A DNA stretch of 33,323 bases. Source: a virus (lineage: Duplodnaviria > Caudoviricetes). A model generated the notes under the pieces. That model saw only the letters and a list, made by a program, of their open reading frames with translations, was not told where the DNA came from and ran no database searches. The stretch's first letter is position 1. Each line of letters starts with the position of its first letter. Positions 1-6,326 of the stretch are shown here, one piece after another. Location of the stretch: IMG/VR virus record IMGVR_UViG_3300034341_000189, positions 1-33,323 of that record. One strand, given 5' to 3'. Position numbers and translations under genes: made by a program.

Positions 1-12
1 TAAATTTCTGTC

Positions 13-20
13 TATGTTTG
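13..20 (+). promoter_or_regulatory. Bacteroidota sigma-A type -7 promoter element (TATGTTTG)
   Basis: Matches TAnnTTTG upstream of the ORF at 49; the -33 element would lie outside the window. Confidence 0.6.
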
Positions 21-48
21 CAGTATAACAATTTTAAATATAAATAAT

Positions 49-264
49 ATGGAAAATAAATGGATATATATAAATGAGATAACTACGCTCCACGCTGATG
101 ATGATGGCGTATGCTTGTCCAACGAACACAACTCAATTACGATTGACCCCTATACTTTGGTGGATTGGTTGCCGAATATAATTGAGGTGGCGTTTCAAGA
201 AAAGGAGAAACGAGACAAAGAAAAGATTGAAGAACTTAAAAATATAGTAAATGAGACAATATAG
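49..264 (+). CDS. hypothetical early protein (71 aa)
   Basis: ORF track; AT-rich leader; overlaps the next ORF start. Confidence 0.7.
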   Translation: MENKWIYINEITTLHADDDGVCLSNEHNSITIDPYTLVDWLPNIIEVAFQEKEKRDKEKIEELKNIVNETI

Positions 265-415
265 TTTAGAACAGATAAAGATGATATCTGTTGATATTAT
301 TTCAGACGATGAATGGGTGAACGATTCACAAACTATGGCAGAACACAGAGGTATTGTCTCTGGTTTAAATATGCTTATTAATCACTTAACAGAAATAGAA
401 AATGAAACAGTTTAA
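251..415 (+). CDS. hypothetical early protein (54 aa, MRQYSLEQIK...ENETV)
   Basis: Translated by hand; overlaps both neighbours, as in a coupled operon. Confidence 0.6.
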   Translation: MRQYSLEQIKMISVDIISDDEWVNDSQTMAEHRGIVSGLNMLINHLTEIENETV

Positions 416-575
416 AGTAAACATTCCAAGTCTGGCAAATACCAGTGCGGTATTTAACGCCAACGACAAAGTAGAACTATTAAAGCTAATTTGTCAGAAG
501 TATAATGTGGATATTCAGAAACACAGAATATTCATTCGAGAAGTACAGGATAATCATACACAGGTGCAAGGATAA
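402..575 (+). CDS. hypothetical early protein (57 aa, MKQFKVNIPS...QVQG)
   Basis: Translated by hand; ATG 402 to TAA 573-575. Confidence 0.55.
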   Translation: MKQFKVNIPSLANTSAVFNANDKVELLKLICQKYNVDIQKHRIFIREVQDNHTQVQG

Positions 576-600
576 TCATTGTGCAATGATAATCATTGTA
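543..600. repeat. three GATAATCAT units; the last two form a 17-bp tandem ending in a 19-bp near-palindrome with a Fur-box-like core
   Basis: GTGCAAGGATAATCATT (564-580) and GTGCAATGATAATCATT (581-597); TGCAATGATAATCATTGTA at 582-600. Confidence 0.6.
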
Positions 601-619
601 TAATATAAAACAGATTCTT

Positions 620-961
620 ATGAAACTTAAATGGATTGAAACAATAGATGTAGATGCCAAAGAATGGTTTGACAAACAGAATGGAAATTCTTATTTCGCT
701 GGTATTGTTACACTGAACTACGGAAAGAAGAGCCAAAGAGAATATCTTATGCCTATGCAATACGGCTATGGTTCACAATATGAATATGAAGCAAAGAAAG
801 TACTGACTGAATTCAATTGTATTTCTGGTGCTGAATTATCTCCATTGTCTTCTTTTTGTAGAGACAACAATATAATTCTACGAACAAGCAAACAAGAAAA
901 TTGTAAGCAAAGAGATTTGTTTGAAGTTGAACGGAATTATAACGACAATATAAATGCATAG
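620..961 (+). CDS. hypothetical early protein (MKLKWIETIDVDAKEWFDKQNGNSYF...)
   Basis: ORF track 596..961; ATG 620 is a more likely start than TTG 596. Confidence 0.75.
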   Translation: MKLKWIETIDVDAKEWFDKQNGNSYFAGIVTLNYGKKSQREYLMPMQYGYGSQYEYEAKKVLTEFNCISGAELSPLSSFCRDNNIILRTSKQENCKQRDLFEVERNYNDNINA

Positions 962-973
962 TAAATTCAATAC

Positions 974-1041
974 CCTGTTGAGTTGTGCGCCTTGTGAATT
1001 TAATATATATAATGAATTCAGTCGGTGCGCAATTCAATGGG
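974..1041 (+). ncRNA. long RNA hairpin (18-bp stem, 3x3 internal loop, 8-bp stem); possible RNase III site or part of a ncRNA
   Basis: 974-991 pairs with 1024-1041 and 995-1002 with 1013-1020; all six non-Watson-Crick positions are G-U. Confidence 0.6.
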
Positions 1042-1207
1042 AATAATGAACTGACCTAATCGCATACTATCTGGATTGGTTCTAAATTGTATTAATGTTT
1101 GGATATATCGGTAAATTGTCGTAAATAACGCACGCACGTTCATATAGTATATAAGAATGAACGCTTTATTTAGAATGGATATAAACTAAAAAAATAGTTT
1201 GTTTTTG

Positions 1208-1238
1208 TTTGGGTTATTAACTTTTTTGTGTATATTTG
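1208..1238 (+). promoter_or_regulatory. Bacteroidota sigma-A type promoter
   Basis: TTTG (1208-1211), 19 nt, TATATTTG (1231-1238). Confidence 0.75.
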
Positions 1239-1275
1239 TACTATAAATAATTCATAAACATAAAATATAAACACA

Positions 1276-1407
1276 ATGAAAAAAGTAAATAATAGCACAA
1301 TCGATAAAATAGTATTTTGGTCAATAGTAGGTATTTTCGTTCCTATGATTTTAGGCGGTATTTTTACCATCATTAAAAACATTGATTTAGTTTCTTTTAA
1401 CTTTTAA
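1276..1407 (+). CDS. small membrane protein (43 aa)
   Basis: MKKVNNSTIDKIVFWSIVGIFVPMILGGIFTIIKNIDLVSFNF; one hydrophobic segment; first ORF after the promoter. Confidence 0.65.
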   Translation: MKKVNNSTIDKIVFWSIVGIFVPMILGGIFTIIKNIDLVSFNF

Positions 1408-1418
1408 ACTATAAAACA

Positions 1419-1547
1419 ATGAGAGAACAAAATGATAAAATAGAAAAGTTTTTTACAAAGGTGGATAAACTCACATTTCAAGCCGTTAAAATTATGGCTG
1501 TCTTTATTCCCCTTTACGTATTATTTCAACTAATTTTTAACAACTAA
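1419..1547 (+). CDS. small membrane protein (42 aa)
   Basis: MREQNDKIEKFFTKVDKLTFQAVKIMAVFIPLYVLFQLIFNN; hydrophobic C-terminus. Confidence 0.6.
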   Translation: MREQNDKIEKFFTKVDKLTFQAVKIMAVFIPLYVLFQLIFNN

Positions 1548-1551
1548 ACAG

Positions 1552-2379
1552 ATGAAAAAAGTATTTCAAAGTAATTACGAGGCGATTCACACATTCGCAC
1601 AAAGAACGCATCCAGAGGGTCGCAATCAATCTCGGAGCGTATTTTTTGAAGGCAATAAAATATATTCGTACGGATATCACTATTTGCTCGGTGAGTTCTT
1701 AGACGCCAATACAATACTAATAAACGATGAGGGCTATTCGGTCAGTACGTCAAAACATATTAATATATTAATGGGTGCAACAAGTCATTATAACCAGTTT
1801 TTCAAAACTATGGTAGATATTGACTATATATATAGCCACGTTTTTAACTATCTTAAGCCAAAGTTAGCGAAGGCGAGAAAACCACAAAAGTACACAAATG
1901 AAATTTTCGCCCTATGGAATAGTTTGAACGGATATATCAACGAGCGCAAAGAAACGAAAACAAGAAGACGCAAAGAATACAAACAGCTACTTAAATTTGT
2001 AGATAGTTTGCAAGATGAGAACGCCCTCGAAAGTTTGCGAGAGTGGGCAAAAAAAGAAAAGGAAAAGAAACAAAGAAAAGAAAAGAAGACGCTCAAGGAA
2101 AAGTTAAATAAGTTTTACAAGTACGAAATTGATTTTTTTAGGATTGGCGGTATTGATTATTTGAGACGCTCCGAGAATGGGCAATACATTGAGACCTCAC
2201 AAGGCGTAAAAATAGATATTGACGAGGCAAGAAGATACTACAATATTTTGGCTTCTGGTGCAAATATGCGAGGCGAAAGAATAGCCAACTTTATTACAAA
2301 GTCATTCAATGATATGTTGACTATTGGTTGCCACAATATAAGCAAAGAACAAATAAATAAAATATCTAAACTTTTATAA
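1552..2379 (+). CDS. hypothetical early protein (275 aa)
   Basis: Long ORF; IYSYGYHY motif, central basic coiled coil and C-terminal ETSQG...IGCHNI; function unknown. Confidence 0.85.
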   Translation: MKKVFQSNYEAIHTFAQRTHPEGRNQSRSVFFEGNKIYSYGYHYLLGEFLDANTILINDEGYSVSTSKHINILMGATSHYNQFFKTMVDIDYIYSHVFNYLKPKLAKARKPQKYTNEIFALWNSLNGYINERKETKTRRRKEYKQLLKFVDSLQDENALESLREWAKKEKEKKQRKEKKTLKEKLNKFYKYEIDFFRIGGIDYLRRSENGQYIETSQGVKIDIDEARRYYNILASGANMRGERIANFITKSFNDMLTIGCHNISKEQINKISKLL

Positions 2380-2380
2380 G

Positions 2381-2512
2381 ATGGCTAATAAAATACAGTT
2401 CGAACACCTGTTAAAACATAAGAAGGAACAGAGGAAACAAAAACAAAGACGCGAATATCTGGAAACAAAATACGGATATAAAAGCCAGAATAATTACCCC
2501 TATGATTGGTAA
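2381..2512 (+). CDS. small basic protein (43 aa)
   Basis: MANKIQFEHLLKHKKEQRKQ...YPYDW; starts 1 nt after the upstream stop. Confidence 0.5.
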   Translation: MANKIQFEHLLKHKKEQRKQKQRREYLETKYGYKSQNNYPYDW

Positions 2513-2548
2513 TAAAATAAAAATAAAATAAAGTTTTCATTATGTTTT

Positions 2549-2570
2549 GCCCCCGAAAGGGGGCTTTTTT
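2549..2570 (+). terminator. intrinsic terminator
   Basis: GCCCCC-GAAA-GGGGGC followed by T6. Confidence 0.9.
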
Positions 2571-2572
2571 AT

Positions 2573-2597
2573 ACCCTTATTTTTGTAAGGGTTTTTT
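2573..2597 (+). terminator. second, tandem intrinsic terminator
   Basis: ACCCTTA-TTTTTG-TAAGGGT followed by a T run. Confidence 0.6.
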
Positions 2598-2849
2598 GTT
2601 ATCTTGTTTCTGTTCAGTTATTTAATTTGTTTGGAGAGGTTATTTATATATCAATTAGGTATATTTTTCTTCCATTCTTAGCTCGTTTCTACCTTCCAAC
2701 CATACCAACATACCACACAACACCCGTTAAGCCCTTAAAACGTCTCTAAATAGCCTTAAATGGCTTTATATGGGGGACTCTACCTATGAAGATACCCCAG
2801 TAGCTAATATACCTCAACTCTATACATACCCTACTTTCCATCTGCCAAC

Positions 2850-2902
2850 TGAATTCAATACCCCTCTATGAATCTAATACCCTTTGTGAATCTAATAGGT
2901 AT
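2850..2902 (+). repeat. three tandem TGAATYYAATA units
   Basis: Units at 2850, 2869 and 2887; near-identical block at 23219-23254. Confidence 0.75.
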
Positions 2903-2914
2903 TTCGTATATTTG
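2883..2914 (+). promoter_or_regulatory. Bacteroidota sigma-A type promoter, probably giving a leaderless mRNA
   Basis: TTTG (2883-2886), 20 nt, TATATTTG (2907-2914), 4 nt, ATG 2919. Confidence 0.75.
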
Positions 2915-2918
2915 TATT

Positions 2919-3164
2919 ATGGCAAAGCGCAAGAAAAAAGTAATCAATCTACAGAATCACCCAGAATCCTTAAAGGCATTTAGCTGGTGTATGGAAAGAA
3001 ACATACGAATCTACCCAATCCCATCTGCCAATCAGTTCAAGATAGTTATTGATAATGGCGCATCAAAGATAGTTTCGCCCAAACTATACGATAAGGATGA
3101 GTGGTCTGAAAAGATATGGGAGTTATATAGGCACTTTTACAACGGAAATAAGCTGTCAGTATAA
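2919..3164 (+). CDS. hypothetical protein (81 aa, MAKRKKKVINL...)
   Basis: ORF track 2868..3164; the ATG at 2868 lies upstream of the promoter, so 2919 is preferred. Confidence 0.7.
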   Translation: MAKRKKKVINLQNHPESLKAFSWCMERNIRIYPIPSANQFKIVIDNGASKIVSPKLYDKDEWSEKIWELYRHFYNGNKLSV

Positions 3165-3277
3165 TACAATGTATAGTAGAGTACAATGTATATATATTCT
3201 TTTTATACAATAGAATGTACACTACTATACAATGTACTATATATAATACAATGTACTCTACTATACTAATGTATTAT
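3161..3277. repeat. array A of TACA(A/T)TGTA pseudo-palindromes inside a ~30-bp inverted repeat
   Basis: Units at 3165, 3182, 3211 (TAGAATGTA), 3228, 3247 and 3264 (TACTAATGTA); 3161-3190 is an inverted copy of 3247-3277. Confidence 0.85.
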
Positions 3278-3303
3278 ATATTGTGCCATACAGACAGTTG
3301 GAG

Positions 3304-3334
3304 AAACAGTAACAAACATAAAAGTTAATTTAAT
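3304..3334 (+). promoter_or_regulatory. putative phage late promoter
   Basis: AAACA-N15-GTTAATTTAAT directly followed by ATG 3335. Confidence 0.7.
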
Positions 3335-4048
3335 ATGGCGAATAACGTACAAGTAGAACTATCCGTTCCAGACGCACTTTCTGACATAACACTTGGACAG
3401 TATCAGAAATACTTAAAGATACTCGACAGTAACAAAGATGATGAGAACGCAGCAGAGTTTATCAATCTAAAGACTATTGAGATATTTTGTGATGTTGACT
3501 TCAAAGACGTATTGAAGATTCCTTTAAATGAGGCGGAAAAGGTACTCACAATCATTAACAAGGCGTTTGAAGAGAAGCCTGATATTATTCGCCACTTCAA
3601 ATTACTTAACGTAGATATGGGCTTTATACCTAGTTTAGAGCGTATATCTCTTGGCGAGTATATTGATGTAGAAAATAACATAGTGGACTGGCAAACAATG
3701 CACAAAGCTATGGCAGTGCTGTACAGACCAGTCAACTTTAAGAGTAGAGAGAAGTATACGATTGCGCCATACGAACCAAGTGATGAGGTATCTGAACTAA
3801 TGAAGGAGATGCCACTCGATGTAGCTATGAGTTCTATGGTTTTTTTTTACGCTTTAGGGATGGAGTTACTGAAAGCTATTCCGACCTTTATACAGAAAAG
3901 TCTGACGGAGGAACAGACTTATCTTCTCAAGCAAACTTTGGCTCAAAGTGGGGTTGGTATCAATCAATTTACGCACTTGCTCAAGGGGATGTCCTTAAAT
4001 TCAATAAGGTTACCGAAAGTCCACTCTTCCAATGCCTCACCTACCTAA
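3335..4048 (+). CDS. tail assembly chaperone (0-frame product, 237 aa)
   Basis: ORF track; contains a T9 slippery run at 3840-3848; heads the tail module. Confidence 0.7.
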   Translation: MANNVQVELSVPDALSDITLGQYQKYLKILDSNKDDENAAEFINLKTIEIFCDVDFKDVLKIPLNEAEKVLTIINKAFEEKPDIIRHFKLLNVDMGFIPSLERISLGEYIDVENNIVDWQTMHKAMAVLYRPVNFKSREKYTIAPYEPSDEVSELMKEMPLDVAMSSMVFFYALGMELLKAIPTFIQKSLTEEQTYLLKQTLAQSGVGINQFTHLLKGMSLNSIRLPKVHSSNASPT

Positions 4049-4110
4049 CATTTGAAAAAGAGAAAAACGAATTAGAAGCTATGATGATTAAGAAAGCATA
4101 TAAACGATGA
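3335..4110 (+). CDS. tail assembly chaperone, -1 frameshift product (~258 aa)
   Basis: -1 frame after the T run reads FLRFRDGV...KWGWYQSIYALAQGD...CLTYLTFEKEK...KR*; its TGA overlaps ATG 4107 of the next gene. Confidence 0.7.
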
Positions 4111-4601
4111 GAGCATATTACGAATTAATAGATAAACTAAATACATATCTTGATGGTAGTCCATCTGTCAATACTGTTACGTTTGGCGATATATTTAAAG
4201 TGGACTTGTCTAAGCAAACTATATTCCCACTGGCGCACGTTAATGTACAGAATGTGACTTTCTCTGAGCACATAATGACTTTCTCTTTGCAAGTGATTTG
4301 TATGGATATCGTAAACGAGAATAAAGATGATAAGTTAGCTGCTGCCTCCACGCCATACAGAGGACTGGACAATAAGCACGATGTGTTTAACACTCAGCTC
4401 ACAGTAATCAATGGATTGCAATCGTCTTTGCGTAGAGGCGACTTGTATACCGACAAATACCAACTTGTGTCTGACGCATCTGCCACTCAGTTTGAAGATA
4501 GGTTTGAGAATCTATTAGCTGGTTGGAGTATGGATTTAGTTATAGAGACCGCCAATACGGATATGCAGCTTATTAACGCAACAGGAGACGCTTGTAGATA
4601 A
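4107..4601 (+). CDS. putative tail terminator / tail completion protein
   Basis: 164 aa; VNTVTFGD...IFPLAHV N-terminus, beta-rich; position in the tail module. Confidence 0.55.
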   Translation: MRAYYELIDKLNTYLDGSPSVNTVTFGDIFKVDLSKQTIFPLAHVNVQNVTFSEHIMTFSLQVICMDIVNENKDDKLAAASTPYRGLDNKHDVFNTQLTVINGLQSSLRRGDLYTDKYQLVSDASATQFEDRFENLLAGWSMDLVIETANTDMQLINATGDACR

Positions 4602-5149
4602 TGGATATAGTACTCAAAAATACTAAAGCATATTTAGAAGGGTTCGCAAATAATGAACTCATCAGATACTTCCTTGAATCGTACAATACGGATAGACCCA
4701 GAGGTGAAGGTAAGTACACTGGAGTAACATCAAGAGTTGAAGCTTCTGGTAGGGGCGGTGAGTCTTTAGAGGTAAAAGCTGAGGATGATTCTATAAATTT
4801 ATATGGCGCACAATATCTGAAGTATGTTGATGAAGGAACTGGAAAGTTTCAGCCTAATATATCAGCACTTAAAAGATGGATAACAGAGAAACCAGTAAAT
4901 CTTGATGGCGTAAAAGGAAAAACACTTGAATCAAAAGTAAATACACTTGCTTTCTTGATAGGTAGGAGTATAGGCGCAAAAGGAATTGCACCAGCTAACT
5001 TTATAGGTGAAGTTGTAGAAAGAGCTCTTAAAGAAATAAAAGATTCAATAGGAGAGCCTCTGAAGTCAGATATTATGGAGGACTTAGGTACATTTATGAT
5101 AAGTCTTGGTTATATTAAAAAGGGAAACACTTACGAACTAAAGAAATAG
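4601..5149 (+). CDS. putative neck / tail completion protein
   Basis: YLKYVDEGT...ALKRWI...AFLIGRSIGAKGI..ANF pattern seen in HK97 gp10-like proteins. Confidence 0.5.
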   Translation: MDIVLKNTKAYLEGFANNELIRYFLESYNTDRPRGEGKYTGVTSRVEASGRGGESLEVKAEDDSINLYGAQYLKYVDEGTGKFQPNISALKRWITEKPVNLDGVKGKTLESKVNTLAFLIGRSIGAKGIAPANFIGEVVERALKEIKDSIGEPLKSDIMEDLGTFMISLGYIKKGNTYELKK

Positions 5150-5150
5150 A

Positions 5151-6326
5151 ATGGCACAAATAATCAATACAAGGAGTCCGTTTTACATAAAAGTGTCAAA
5201 TAGTGCACTTGCAACTGCTACACTTCAACTTTATATATATGAGGGCGCAAAAGATACAACGCCTGATGCTGCGGATTTAAAGTACACTATAACTAAATCA
5301 GAGCTTGAAAACAATAACCAAGTTGTGTTTGAGATATCAGAGCTTATAAGAGATTACATAGACGTTAAATACGATGGGGAGTATGATAGCTATTGTGTGT
5401 GGGCTAATGCTGTTATAACTGCTAAAAATTCAAGTGGAAGCACCATATCATCCCCTACAGTAACGCCAAGTGATTATACAAATCAATTTGTAGCTGTAGA
5501 TGGGTACGGTTACTTTGAAGAAGGTGTAAACCCTGAGCCAAGCCGTTCACTACTTCAGTCAAACAAAATAATCTATAGACCAAGTGATTACAATGTAAAT
5601 ATACCAATTTTTGCTGAAGACACAAACTCAGTTGCGTATCTTTACAACAATACAACGATTAGAATAGATACGATATCTGATAATAATAACACTAATCAAA
5701 AAATTCAATACATATACTCTTATGTAAATTCAGACACAGATACATATCAAGAGAGAGTTTTGAATGACAGCGGAACACTTGAGGAATCAATATGCTTAGA
5801 TAAATTCCTTAGAAATGTAGATACAAGTCCAGTTGATAAGCTCATAATTAATTCAGACACTTCGTCTGAGGTTATAGAAATAAGAACACTTGATTGTTCC
5901 ATATACGACCCAATCAAAGTTACGTTTGTAAATAAATATGGCGCACTACAGGATTTGTGGTTTGACAAGAAGAGTGTAAATTCAATAGAAGTACAGTCAA
6001 ACGATTATAAAGCATCTGTAATGGATTTCTCTTCTACGCCAACCTATGACACCTCCGCACACCAGAACAGGGTGTTAGATTTAGTGGGTAAAGAAAGTAT
6101 CACAATGAATACTGGATATATAGATGAGGAGTACAATGAAGTGTTTAGACAGCTTATGCTATCAGAACAAGTGTGGATGACAAAACTAACTGAAACTGAG
6201 GAGCAAGTATTGCCTTTACGCCCAAGAACACAGTCGTTACAATTCAAAACCAGAACTAACGACAAGCTCGTAAACTACACAGTAGAATTCGACTTTGCGT
6301 TTGATAAGATAAACACTATTCGATAA
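5151..6326 (+). CDS. putative distal tail / baseplate structural protein (391 aa)
   Basis: C-terminal FVNKYG..QDLWF...NTGYI...QLMLSEQVW pattern of Bacteroidota phage tail proteins; module context. Confidence 0.55.
   Translation: MAQIINTRSPFYIKVSNSALATATLQLYIYEGAKDTTPDAADLKYTITKSELENNNQVVFEISELIRDYIDVKYDGEYDSYCVWANAVITAKNSSGSTISSPTVTPSDYTNQFVAVDGYGYFEEGVNPEPSRSLLQSNKIIYRPSDYNVNIPIFAEDTNSVAYLYNNTTIRIDTISDNNNTNQKIQYIYSYVNSDTDTYQERVLNDSGTLEESICLDKFLRNVDTSPVDKLIINSDTSSEVIEIRTLDCSIYDPIKVTFVNKYGALQDLWFDKKSVNSIEVQSNDYKASVMDFSSTPTYDTSAHQNRVLDLVGKESITMNTGYIDEEYNEVFRQLMLSEQVWMTKLTETEEQVLPLRPRTQSLQFKTRTNDKLVNYTVEFDFAFDKINTIR

Noticed and set aside
962-1170. tRNA gene
   Set aside because: No cloverleaf, T-loop GTTCRA context or CCA end recognisable; kept only as a hairpin/ncRNA candidate.
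3161-3277. CRISPR-like mini-array (also 24926-25019 and 2850-2902)
   Set aside because: Units are 9-14 bp with short low-complexity gaps and no cas gene is present; the pattern fits protein-binding sites.
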